Below, one piece after another: positions 48,948 through 60,954 of a stretch of 64,000 nucleotides of DNA; position 1 is the stretch's first letter; each line of letters begins with the position of its first letter. The stretch is from contig OY740791.1 of NCBI GenBank assembly GCA_963514005.1, forward strand, positions 60,326,001 through 60,390,000, in the 5' to 3' direction. The stretch is from Raja brachyura (Eukaryota). A model generated the notes under the pieces. The model was not told the DNA's origin, made no database searches, and saw only the letters and a list, made by a program, of their open reading frames with translations. The position numbers and the translations under genes are program-made.

Positions 48948-50110
48948 ATAAGAGATTAGTATATAAACTTAAAGCATACGGCATTGGGGGTTCAGTATTG
49001 ATGTGGATAGAGAACTGGCTGGCAAACTGGAAGCAAAGAGTAGGAGTAAACGGGTCGTTTTCACAATGGCAGGCAGTGACTAGTGGGGTACCGCAAGGCT
49101 CAGTGCTGGGACCCCAGCTATTTACAATATACATAAATGATCTGGATGAGGGAATTGAAGGCAATATCTCCAAGTTTGCGGATGACACTAAGCTGGGAGG
49201 CAGTGTTAGCTGTAAGGGGGATGCTAGGAGACTGCAAGGTGACTTGGATAGGCTGGGTGAGTGGGCAAATGTTTGGCAGATGCAGTTTAATGTGGATAAA
49301 TGTGAGGTTATCCACTTTGGTGGCAAAAATAGGAAAACAGACTATTATCTAAATGGAGGCCGATTAGGAAAAGGGGAGATGCAGCGCGACCTGGGTGTTA
49401 TGGTACACCAGTCATTGAAAGTAGGCATGCAGGTACAGCAGGCAGTGAAGAAAGCGAATGGTATGTTAGCTTTCATAGCAAAAGGATTTGAGTATATGAG
49501 CAGGGAGGTTCTACTTCAGTTGTATAGGGTCTTGGTGAGGCCACACCTGGAGTATTGCGTACAGTTCTGGTCTCCAAATCTGAGGAAGGACATTATTGCC
49601 ATAGAGGGAGTGCAGCGAAGGTTCACCAGACTGATTCCTGGGATGTCAGGACTGTCTTATGAACAAAGACTGCATAGACTCGGTTTATACTCTCTAGAAT
49701 TTAGGAGATTGAGAGGGGATCTTATAGAAACTTACAAGGTTCTTAAGGGGTTGGACAGGCTAGATGCAGGAAGATTGTTCCCGATGTTGGGGAGGTCCAG
49801 GACAAGGGGTCACAGCTTAAGGATAAGGGGGAAATCCTTTAGGACCGAGATGAGAAGAAATTTTTTCACACAGAGAGTGGTGGGTCTCTGGAACTCTCTG
49901 CCACAGAGGGTAGTTGAGGCCAGTTCATTGGCTATATTTAAGAGGGAGTTAGATGTGGCCCTTGTGGCTAAAGGGATCAGGGGGTATGGAGAGAAGGCAG
50001 GTACGGGATACTGAGTTGGATGATCAGCCATGATCATATTGAATGGCGGTGCAGGCTCGAAGGGCCGAATGGCCTACTCCTGCACCTAATTTCTATGTTT
50101 AATTTCTATG
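48948..50110 (+). mobile_element. young CR1 LINE, 5'-truncated, with uninterrupted RT C-terminal ORF
   Basis: 338-aa ORF 48998-50014 contains SGVPQGSVLGPQLF, SKFADDTKL and LVRPHLEYCVQFWSP, followed by the 3' UTR and tail. Confidence 0.95.
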
Positions 50111-51150
50111 TGGAAGGATGATTCAGTTGCCATATAGCAGCTGGGAAGAAACTCTCCCTGAATCTGGAGGTGTGCGTTTCAACACGTCTACACCTTTTGC
50201 CTAATGAAAGAGAGGGGTGAAGAGGAAGGGCCAGGGTGTGACTTGCCCTTGATTATGCTGCTGGCCTTGCTGAGGCAGCGCGAGGTATAAATGGAGTCGA
50301 TAGTTTACTTTTTATTTTTACTTCTAACCGTTTAGTTTTGAGACTCAGCGCCGTCTCACAGGCATCATGAATGCATGGAGACACATTGCCACACGATGTC
50401 ACTCATTTATAAAGAAGCTTGGCTGGAGTATCCATAACTTGTTCGGACCACATCCCTACGTGAATGCAGTAAAAGCAACATGTAAAAGCTGATGCGGTAA
50501 ATCCAAATTATGCAAATACTCTGCTAAATTGTGTTCTGCAAAATGCAAATAAAAGGCTAGCTTATCTTACATTTCTCCATTAAATATTAATACAAAATTA
50601 AATCTGGCGATGACATTATCTGGATAATGTGCATTTTAGTAACTAATTAAATGTTGGCTTTTGTAGTTACAATGTGATATGTTGAATGGTTAAACTTTGT
50701 AGTCCATTCCCTTTATTTTCCATGATGCTGGCAGTTGTGCGATTCGAGGGCAGTGGAATGGCAGACTGATGATAGAATTCAGACGCTTCCATTAACCTGG
50801 TGGAGCTGCTGCTTCACAGTGCCAGAGACCCGGGTTCAATACTGACCTCGGGTGCTACCTGACTGGAGATTGCACCTATTCTCTGTGACCGTGTGGGTTT
50901 TCTCCAGGTTCATCCCACATCCCAACAACATGCGGCTTTGTAGCTTCATTGGCCTCTGTAACTTGGTTTTAATGTACAGGGATTGAGATACCATAGAAGG
51001 CAGAGTGAGATTGATAGATTCTTGATTACTACAGGTGTCAGACATGATGGGGAGAAGGCAAGAGAATGGGATTAGGAAGGAGAGACAGATCAGCCATGAT
51101 TGAATGGTGGAGTGGACTCGATGGGCTGAATGGCCTAATCCTACTCCTAT

Positions 51151-51490
51151 AGGGCCTGTCCCACTTACACAACCTTTACAGGGGACTGCCGGCACCCGTG
51201 ATTGGCCTCAGAAATTTTCAACATGTTGAAAATTCAGCGGCGATCAGAAATACGCTACGACTATTTGGAGACCTCTCACGACCATACAGGCGACCCCTGG
51301 TGACATGTCGCGGGTGACCTCTCACGACCATAGGAGACCTCTCATGACCATACAGCCTGACGTGAGAGGTCTCTAAAGAGTCGTAGCGTCTTTCTGGTCG
51401 CCACTGAATTTTCAACATGTTGAAAATTCCAGCAACTTCTCACAGGTGCCGGCAGTCACCTATAAAGGTTGTGTAAGTGGGACAGGCCCT
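51151..51490. mobile_element. Harbinger-like MITE nested in a CR1 tail inside a SINE
   Basis: TIRs agggcctgtcccacttacacaacc / ggttgtgtaagtgggacaggccct with a TAT duplication. A CR1 UTR lies at ~51005-51150 and SINE halves at ~50800-50965 and ~51510-51580. Confidence 0.85.
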
Positions 51491-51817
51491 TATCACCTGA
51501 CCTTATGAGCTAGTATGTATGGGATCTCGATGGACAGCATGCTCTTAGTGGGCTGAATGGCCCATTTCCATTTTGTATTTTTCAAGCAATCAATTTGCAA
51601 CAGGCCCAGATATGGGGTAGAGAAAGCACCAAAGGTGAAAAGATTTGGAAATAATATGTCCAAAGTCAGCTGTTCCTTTTCCAGCTCACTATAGTTACCA
51701 TAGAACTTTGATTTTGTTTCCTCAAATGTTTTTCACTGTAAGTAATTGTTCCAAATATTAGGTGTATGAATCAGTACAGTTTCTCTACTCCATCTTCCTG
51801 AGGCATTATTTCAATTA

Positions 51818-52232
51818 AGGGCCTGTCCCACTTAGGAGACCTCCACAGCAACCTCTGGTAACCTTGCCCGCCACCCATGGTCGCTGCAAGGTCGCCACGA
51901 GGTCAGAGGAGGTTTTGGTCATTCTCCCTAATGGTCGAAAGTGGTTTCCGCGTGGTCGAGGCTTCATGTAGGTTGCTGCTTCTTTTCCATCATGATTTCC
52001 ATGCGGTTCCCGGAGGTATTTTTCAGTCTCCCTAATGGTCGAAAGTGGTTTCCGTTTTAGAAATTGGTAATTTCTTAGTCAAAGCCGGTTGTGATACTAG
52101 TTGAAGGTGGTTGCCGGAGGACAAAAACCTCCAGGAACCTCCGGGAACCACAAGGAAACCGCACGGAAACCTTGGGTGGGGTGCAAAGTCTCCAGAGGGT
52201 TCCGTTCAGGTTACCTAAGTGGGACAGGGGCA
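51818..52232. mobile_element. Harbinger-like MITE
   Basis: tta|agggcctgtcccacttagg ... cctaagtgggacaggggca|tta. Confidence 0.85.
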
Positions 52233-52235
52233 TTA

Positions 52236-52477
52236 CACTATCCTCCACACACTAGGGTCAATGTTTATATTTAAACCAGGCCAATTACCTACAAACCTGT
52301 ACGTCTTTGGAGTGTGGGAGGAAAGCAAAGATCTCGGAGAAAATCCACGCAGGTCAAAATGGGGAACGTACAAACTCTGTACAGACAGCACACGTAGTCA
52401 GGATCAAACCCGGGTCTCTGGCCTGTGCTGCAAGCATTGTAAGGCAGCAACTCTACTGCTGCACCACCGTGCCGCCC
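52236..52477 (-). mobile_element. HE1-like SINE
   Basis: Reverse complement of gggcggcacggtggtgcagcagtagagttgctgccttac. Confidence 0.85.
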
Positions 52478-53029
52478 AATGCTCACTGCTTTGTGCAGGT
52501 GAGATCGAAACATGCGCGTCAGCCTCGGTCCTACATACCTACCCCCAGCCCCACCGACCCCTCTTTCACTCACCTGATGATGGAGACCTGTAATGGGAGA
52601 CAGGTATTAGCTAAATACCCCCCCTGATTCAGCACTCCATCTGTGCGATGGCCATTGGGTATCGTTGCATGAAAACATTTTGCTGGTATTTTCATAATTT
52701 AGAGAAATTGGGACTGTTTTTTTTAAATGTGTGATTTTTATTATCGTTTCTCATTGGAATGTGGGTCATAAAAAGATAAAATAGAGAGCTGACATTGACA
52801 GAGAAGGAATGAATGGTCCCAAGCTGTTCTGGAATGCCCACTGGTCTATTGACTTGGTTTAAGGAGTTAAGAATATTAAGGAGTTAGCAGGTGGTGTCGG
52901 GGATAAGCACTTGTGATATTCTGAGGGACATTGTGACCCATAGTCCATGGGATTATTGTCAGGATACCACTCCTGTCTGTATGGTCAGTAGGTAGGTTCT
53001 AAAACCCAGCTGGTTGCATACAGATGGCA

Positions 53030-53250
53030 TGTGTAGGAAGGAACTGCAGATGCTGGTGTACACTGAAGATAGACACAAAGTGCTGGAGTAACAGTGAGAC
53101 AAGCAGCATCTCTGGATAGAAGGAATGGGTGACGATTCGGGTCGAGACCCTTCTTCAGACTGAACGTGCGTCTCGACCTGAAACGTCACCCACTCCTTCG
53201 ATCCAGAATTGTTGCTTGTCCCGCTGAGTTACTCCAGCATTTTGGCTGTC
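53030..53250. mobile_element. palindromic PLE-derived element
   Basis: ggaactgcagatgctgg...cgggtcgagacccttcttcagac followed by the inverted half tctcgacctgaaacgtcacc. Confidence 0.75.
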
Positions 53251-53454
53251 TCCATTTAGAGGGCAGTTAGCCTGATTTTTCTTGAGCAGTGCTAAGCCAG
53301 TCAGGCCTCTAGGTGGAACCACTTATCCACAATCTTGCAGAGTAAAGTTTTATTGCAACTCCTGCAACAGGTTTAGTTGTGACAATGTACTTATTCCAAC
53401 ACTAAAAAGGAGGTTTAGGGAGCCACAAAATTAACCGCTAAACCACCAAAACAC

Positions 53455-54105
53455 TCGTGGCGCAGTGGAGCAGCAGGTAGTGCCACTATCTTACAGCTCC
53501 AGCGATCTCAGTTTGATCCAGATTATTGCTGCTTTCTTTGCGGAGTTTGCACGTTCTTGCAATAGACATGTGGGGTTCCCCTTGGGTGCTCACGTTTCCT
53601 CCCACGACCCAAAGACATGTGGGTCGATAAATTAATTGGCTGCTATAAATTGCGCCTAGTGTGTGGGTGAGTGAAAAATCTGCAGGGAGTTGGTTGGAAG
53701 GTTGTGTGAGTAAAATGGGATTAAGGAGTGCTTGATACCCAGTACAGACTAAATGGGCTGAAGGGCCTGTTACTTCAATTTTTCTGGTTATTATTAGGGT
53801 GGCACGGTGGCGTAGTGGTAGAGTTGCTGCCTTACGGCCAGAGACCCAGGTTCAATCCTGACTACGGGTGCTGTCATTGTGGAACTGGTGCGTTCTCCCC
53901 GTGACCACGTGGGTTTTCTCCGAGATCTTTGGTTTCCTCCCACACTCCAAAGCCGTGCAGATTTGTAGGTTAATTAACTTGGTATAATTGTCAATTGTTC
54001 CTTGTGTGTGTTGGAAAGTGTTAACGTGTGGAGATTGCTGGTCGGTACAGACTCGGTGGGCCAAAGGGCCTGTTTCCGCGCTGTATCGCTAAACTAAACA
54101 AAACT
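53455..54105 (+). mobile_element. two tandem SINEs (older ~53455-53772; HE1-like ~53798-54105)
   Basis: Each has a tRNA-like head and a gggc(t/c)(g/a)aagggcctgtt tail. Confidence 0.8.
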
Positions 54106-54144
54106 ATTACGCCTGTGATGACTGCAGATGTAACAGAATGCTGT

Positions 54145-54270
54145 TTAAGAAGGAACTGCAGATGCTGGAAAATCAAAGGTAGACAAATATGCTGGAGAAA
54201 CTCAGCGGGTGAGGCAGCATCTTTGGTGTGAAGGAAATAGGCAATGTTTCGGGTCGAGACCCTTCTTCAG
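54145..54270 (-). mobile_element. PLE terminal-repeat insertion with TSD
   Basis: acagaat(g/a)ctgt at 54133-54144 and 54271-54282. The core CTGAAGA...GAAAC is retained on the - strand. Confidence 0.75.
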
Positions 54271-54294
54271 ACAGAATACTGTAGTGGGGTGGAG

Positions 54295-54313
54295 AGGCCA
54301 CTAGAGGGCAGTG
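54295..54313 (+). promoter_or_regulatory. candidate CTCF site
   Basis: GGCCACTAGAGGGCAGTG is a near-consensus CTCF core. Confidence 0.55.
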
Positions 54314-54371
54314 TATTACATAGGATCAAATGGGAGAAGGGATTTTGAGAGCCAATCTTTCCAAAGCTAGT

Positions 54372-54792
54372 GGGTACACAAAAGGCTGGAGAAACTCAGC
54401 GGGTGCAGCAGCATCTAAGGAGTGAAGGAGACAGACTGATGGGAGGTGGGGGGGGGGGGGGGGGGGGCGGGAAGAAGAAAGGAAAAAGGAGGAGGAGGAG
54501 CCCGAGTGCTGAGGGAGAGGTGGGAAGGGGAGGAGACAGCAAGGGTTAACAGAATTGAGAAAATTCAATGTTCAAGCCCAGAGGATGCAGACTCCCCAAG
54601 CGGAATATGAGGTGCTGTTCCTCCAATTTGCGGTGTTGCTCACTCTGGCCATGGAGGAGGCCCAGGACAGAGAGGTCGGATACGGAATGGGAGGGGGAGT
54701 TGAATGCTGAGCCACCGGGAGGTCAGGTTGGTTATTGCGGACCGAGCGGAGGTGTTCGGCAAAACTATCGCCAAGCCTCCGCTTGGTCTCTT
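54372..54792 (-). mobile_element. Penelope-like fragment (GIY-YIG C-terminus)
   Basis: ETKRRLGDSFAEHLRSVRNNQPDLPVAQH, near-identical to 37355-37920. Confidence 0.85.
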
Positions 54793-54962
54793 GCTTTGAG
54801 ACAGTACTTTCCATTGTGCCTTGTTGGTGAGGGTCCTAGGTGAGAGGGTAGGAGGACAGTCAATGGAAGGCCTCATCATCCAGAGTTCTGGCTGACCGCT
54901 CTTTAAGGTCACAATTAATCAACTAGGAGTGACATCTTGATAACCAGAGGGCAACTGGCAAC

Positions 54963-55277
54963 TTAGTTTAGCTTAGTTTAGAAATACGGTGTAGAAACAG
55001 GCCCTTCGGCCCACCGAGTCCACACTGACCAGTGATTCCCGCACATTAACACTATCCTACACACACTAGGGACAGTTTTACATTTATACCAAGCCAATTA
55101 ACCTACATACCTGTACGTCTTTGGAGTGTTGGAGGAAACCTACGATCTCAAAGAAAACCCACACAGGTCACGGGGAGAAGGTACAAACTAGATACAGACA
55201 GCGCCCTTAGTCAGGATCGAACCCGGGTCTCTGGTGCTATAAGGCAGTAGCTCTACCACTACGCCACCGTGCCGCCT
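54963..55277 (-). mobile_element. HE1-like SINE
   Basis: (ttag)-type tail through to ...ctctaccactacgccaccgtgccgcc. Confidence 0.87.
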
Positions 55278-55494
55278 TAAATGTGAGCTCTAGATTTTTC
55301 TGAAGTGAAGATGGAAGCAAACTTGTAGCAACCATCAAGGTGTGGCGATTATGGCGTGGAATGGCCAGGAATGGAGATAGTGGACACAGAAGGAAAACAT
55401 TTACGAAGCATGTGGGCAAACACTGGAATCACCAAAGCAAGCAAGCTACGGTGCAAGTGGTGGTTTAATGGGATTAGTATAGATAGATACTTGT

Positions 55495-55777
55495 GTACGG
55501 AGAAGGTGCAGATCCTGGTTAAAACCAAAGATAGACACAGAAAGATGGAGTAACTCAGTGGGTCAGGCAGCATCTCTGGAGAAAGGGAATAGGTGACATT
55601 GCAGGTCGAGACCCTTCTTCAGACTGAGTGGAGAAGGGAGGAGTACATCTTCAGGGTAGGCATACCTTGAGGAGATTTCGCAGTGGGGCAGATGAAATGT
55701 GTGGAAAGGAACTGCAGATGCTGGTCTAAACCGAAGATAGACACAGAAAGATGGAGTAACTCAGTGTGTTAGACAGT
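55495..55777 (-). mobile_element. PLE terminal repeat, partially tandem-duplicated
   Basis: aagatagacacagaaagatggagtaactcagtg occurs twice. tagatacttg flanks both sides. Confidence 0.7.
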
Positions 55778-56471
55778 AGATACTTGGTGGTCAGCACAGA
55801 CCTTGTGGGCTGAAGGGCCTGTCTTTATATACTTGACAGCATCTCTAAATGTTGGAATAAGACACAGTTGTAGGGCAGGAGAGGAGCAGCTCTCAAAAGA
55901 CCACCAAATGGCATGAAGGTCTATAATATGTGCTATGGGGTTTTATGATTAGCACAGGCAGACCAGCTCTTGCTCATCCAGCTGATTGCTCACTCCACAA
56001 AATATACCTCAAAGGCAGTGCTGAAACATGTCGGGGTTTTTTGGACTAGAATCTTGCAAGACTAAAGTCTTCTTGAAATAGAGTGGCAAAAAAACACTGG
56101 GAACTTTCGACGGCCTGATCACAGTTTTCTTCGGCCCAACAAAAGCCCAAGCCTTCAATTAAAGCCACAACAGTTACTGTTTATCTGCAAGAGGAAGGAG
56201 TTGATTGTTAGTACTGATCAGAACAAGGCTGAGCTTGTCGTTTACCCGACATCCACACTGGTGACCATCCAGGCATCTTCTTTGAGTCTCCTTTCCTTTC
56301 CCCAAGACAAGTGGCCAACTACAAAACCTCTGTCATTACCTTGATAAGATCAGCTACTGTGTAGAGGCTGGAGATGAATCTATGATCTCTGTGACAAGCA
56401 AAGGCAGTGACTGCAAGGAACAGCAGCCACATTCGCTGAGCTTATTAATTGTTATAGGATGAGTTCCTGAT

Positions 56472-56776
56472 TTAGTTTAGAGATAGAGGGTGGAAATACA
56501 CCGTCCGGCCACCGAGTCCGTGCCGATCAGCGATTCCCGCCCATTATCATTATCCTACACACACTAGGGACTATAAATTTATATTTATATCAAGCCAATT
56601 AAGCTACAAACCTGTACATCTTTGGAGTGTGGGCGGAAAGCGAAGATCTTGGAGAAATCCCACGCGGTCATGGGGAGAACGTCCATACTCCATACGGCCA
56701 GCACCCGTAGTCAGGATCGAACCCCGGTCTCTGGTGCTGTAATGCTGCAACTCTACCTCTGCGCCACTGTGCCGCC
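56472..56776 (-). mobile_element. HE1-like SINE
   Basis: caggatcgaaccc (B box, reverse complement) and ctgcgccactgtgccgcc (A box, reverse complement). Confidence 0.85.
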
Positions 56777-56869
56777 AACTAATCTCCAAAATCTATTGCC
56801 TTTGTTATTGGTTTTATTGTCATGTGTACTGAGAGATAGAGAAAAACATTATATTGCATGCTCTCACGG

Positions 56870-57110
56870 TGCATACAGTGTGGAAACAGGCATTTCAGCC
56901 CAACTTAGGCCCACACCGATCAACTTGTCCGATCTACACTAGTCCCACCTGCCTGCATTTGGTTAATATCCCTCGAAACCTATCCTATCCATGCACCTGT
57001 CTAATACGTTCATGTGATCGGAGCAGAGTTAGGCCATTCTGCTCCGCCATTTAATCATGGCCGATCTATCACTTCCTCCTAACCCCATTCTCCTGCCTTC
57101 TTCCCAATCA
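56870..57110 (-). mobile_element. two CR1 3' UTR fragments
   Basis: ctagtcccacctgcctgc and ccccattctcctgccttc. Confidence 0.7.
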
Positions 57111-58039
57111 ATAATCAATACTAATCAATAATCAAACTCCTACTACAATAAATGTTTCTTAAACGTTGCACTAGGTAAAAAAAAAATGCATACATGATTG
57201 CAATGAACAAATTAATACAATATTTGGTGCAAAGAGAGAGGAACAAGACACTCTCTAATGCTGGATGGTGATGAGAAGGTAAAGCATTTTTCAACTACAT
57301 TTCAGACTTTGGGTACAAGAATGGCACATATTACCCAGCTTAGTTTGGCATTGAGAAAGTGGTACAACTGGAAATAAGAACTTTACCAGCTTGGCAATTT
57401 CATGGGCTGTCGGCCTTGATGTCAGAGAAGAACGCAACAAATTGGTATCTCCAGGACGCCTTATCCAAATTGCTCCATGATGTTCAGCGAGGAATATTCC
57501 CAGGGAAAAGGACATTATGTAGGCTGGCAATGCTAAAGTCATGCTGGAACCACAGGGTAAAATCACGTTAGCAAATGCCTCGTCAAATTTTCTGAATGAT
57601 GGAAATTGACCCAGAAATTGTTCTGTGTCTGAAAATTGTGTCTCGTGGAAAGCCAGGCTTCCATTGGAAAGAAACCAAATAAGGTGAACAATTTTCCAGA
57701 CACAATTTCATAATAATATTTATTGTTCATCCGTTGAACATTAAGCTTATTAAACTTAATCAGAATATGAGCTTAATTGTGGCTTAATGATACCAATCGC
57801 CCCCTGTAGTGGTTTAAACATATCAATCCTCTTTAGGGAGATGGAAAGCTTTCATCATTAAAAATAACAATGAATCTGTTAGATGATTGTAAACATTGAA
57901 ACAGATCCTTAATACTACCGCAGAGAAAGGAAGCTAATTGGTCATGTCAGTTCATCCCTGCACATCCATGGGAGCAGTTGTCAGTAGACTCTCCTTAGAC
58001 TCCCATCACACCAATACTTGTGGTACTTTCCTGTAGTTT

Positions 58040-58347
58040 ACACAACTTTAGAGATACAGCGTTGAAACAGGCCCTTCAGTCCACCGAGTCCTCGCCGACC
58101 AGCGATCCCCGTACGCTAGCACTATCCCACACACTAGGGACAATTTACAATTTTATACCAAGCCAATTAACCTACCAACTCGCACGTCTTTGGAGTGTGG
58201 GAGGGAACCCGGAGCACCCAGAGGAAACCCACGCGGTCACGGGGAGAATGTCCAAACCCTGTACAGACAGCACCCGTAGTCAGGATCGAACCCGGGTCTC
58301 TGGAGCTGTGAGGCAGCAACTCTACCCACTGGGCCACTGTGCCGCCC
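58040..58347 (-). mobile_element. HE1-like SINE
   Basis: Same head, body and tail as the other copies. Confidence 0.87.
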
Positions 58348-59267
58348 ATTGCTATAATGCTGACTGAGTCTTGCCTTCCCACTATAATTTCCCCTCCGCA
58401 CCCATGCAAGCTAGTGGACCTGTTGCCTTACTGCTCCAGCAACCCATGCTCGCTCCTGGCCTCCAGTGCTGTGGTGCTTCCCTTGTGATCATGTGGGACG
58501 CCTCCAGTTGCAATGGTTTCCTTCAACAGCCCAAAAACACTTTGGTTGTTTGGTTAACTGACCACTGACAATAATGTGTGCAGTAGGTGAGTGGTAGAAT
58601 TGGGGGTGGGAACGTTGATGTGACTGCAGGGAGAATAAAATAATCTTACTATAGGAATAGTGTCAGTGGGTGCCTGATGGTCACTGTGAATACAGTAAAC
58701 CACAGGGCCTGGTTCCATTCTGTTACAATTCTGGAGTTGGATACTTGAGATAATGAATACTTGAATATCTCTGATGTTTCGTCCCCTTCATGATCTCAGC
58801 CACTCCAACTCTACAATCTCCCCACCCCAAATGATCCCTTTCTTCCAATCACGTTCCCTCCTCCCTTACCATCGCTCAAATAGTATCTCAATCCCTCCCT
58901 CCGCATCTTCCCTTCACAAGGAATGTTACAGGTAGCCTCCCATATCATGTCTCGTGCTGTCTGGTCACAGGTGTGCCAAGCCCACCCCCGGGACAACAGA
59001 TGTAAGTGGCACTTCTTGAACATGGCCGGATGGTCACATCTTGAGTCATTCTAGCGGGGCGGGTGGGAGGGGGGCACCGTGCGATGGGGTGGGGGGCGCT
59101 GAGAACATTGGTGGGGGGAGGGGGTTGGCGATTGGAGCGAAGGGGCAACAAGCAGGGCGGGGGGGGGGGGGTGGGGGGGGCTGCTGCCACTCGCGGTGGC
59201 ATGCATGCAGTAGATAGACCTGGTTGGTACTTTTGAAACTTTGTGGCTGCAGTCTAGCCTGTCCAAC

Positions 59268-59632
59268 CTTAAGGGCTTGGACAGGCTAGATGCAGGAAGA
59301 TTGTTCCCGATGTTGGGGAGGTCCAGGACAAGGGGTCACAGCTTAAGGATAAGGGGGAAATCCTTTAGGACCGAGATGAGAAGGACTTTTTTCACACAGA
59401 AAGTGGTGGGTCTCTGGAACTCTCTGCCACCAGAGGGTAGTTGAGGCCAGCTCATTGGCTATATTTAAGAGGGAGTTAGATGTGGCCCTTGGGGCTAAGG
59501 GGATCAGAGGGTATGGAGAGAAGGCAGGTACGGGAAACTGAGTTGGATGATCAGCCATGATCATATTGAATGGCGGTGCAGGCTCGAAGGGCCGAATGGC
59601 CTACTCCTGCACCTGATTTCTATGTTTCTATG
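59268..59632 (+). mobile_element. young CR1 3' fragment
   Basis: Near-identical to 49742-50100. Confidence 0.92.
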
Positions 59633-60350
59633 TAACGCGTGGCAACACTTGTGTACTGCCTCGGTTGTTTGCAGAACTGAGCTTTTCACTTTCCTTAGGT
59701 ACCCTACGTACACATGACAATAAAGTACCATTCATTCATAAAGTATCATTTAGAATCAATTCACAATGATGTCTTAACATGTCTGAATTACCAAGCAAGC
59801 AATTCCAAACACTTGAGCATATTCAAGGCTTTGGTTCAATTCTTGCAAGACTCAAAGACTGCATCATTTTCACTCGTGTTGGTGTGATCCTTATACCATC
59901 ACTCACATGCTATTCTGGGGTCATTGCACTTTAAACATTGTGACTCAGACGTGCCAGTCTTTGAGACATCAAGTTCAGGACTTTCTGACTGGTCATGGTC
60001 ATCTGAACATTGTTTTCAATACTTACTGTTCCAAGGACAAGTTTGTGTTTCTTCGAACAACATGATCAACATTGGTCCACCGTGGAGGAGCAGTGATAAA
60101 GGGCCCCTCACCAAAATGGATGATCTGTGGGATCTTGCTAGGTAGGCATTACAATGAGTCGATGATACTCGATTGGCACATGTACCCAGGCACACTGAAA
60201 TGCTTTGATTTTGCATACAATACACAAAGTATGCCACGAGTCGCAACATATCTGGTGCCGACAAAGCGACAAGGTACTCGCTATAGTTCTGATCATCACC
60301 CTTCTTTCTCGGTTGCCCCCCCCCCCCCCCCCCCCTTCTGCCGGGTCCTT

Positions 60351-60954
60351 TTTTAAATGTAATCAATTATTTTAACAATAATATATACAATACAAAAGAA
60401 TACCAAGCAAACCAACACCATAATACAAAATCACCCAATTATTAAAACAAATACTCCTGGAGTTTACACTCTCTAACAACTGTGTTACAATCCTTGTCAA
60501 GGATGCGTTCAACATGGCGAGCGCGTGGTCCCTTTGTATAACCACCCGGGCACGGACGTAAGCACGGACGTAAAAGGAACAGGCAGCCGGTTCGGGCAGA
60601 GCCCTCTTCCGACTGGCACCGTAACTCTGCCGGGTCCTTCTTTATTCTTTTTTTTCATCAGAAATATTTATTAAAATATTAAAACATTATATACGATGCA
60701 ATAAAACCAAAACAGAACCCACCACCATAATGCAAGACAAACAAATATGCTAAATAAACTACTGTACAACTATGTTACAATCCTTGTCAAGGATGCATTC
60801 AACGCCCCCGCGCCACCCAGCGGTCCCGGAAATCCCCATGGTGCCCGTGGGCAGCTCATAGTCCCTCTCTAACACCACCCAGGGCCGGACGTAACCCCGT
60901 AAAAGGGGCAGACAACCGACTCGGGCAGAGCCCTCTTCCGCCTGGCGCTGTGAC
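60351..60954 (-). mobile_element. two tandem Tx1-like 3' units separated by a repeated 14-bp sequence
   Basis: Each unit has T-rich/poly-T, an AT-rich UTR, ttacaatccttgtcaaggatgc and gggcagagccctcttccg (- strand peptide RQAEEGSAR..CLP..GYVR). Confidence 0.65.

Noticed and set aside
57359-57571. 70-aa ORF with a possible donor near its end
   Set aside because: No homology recognised and no convincing in-frame acceptor.
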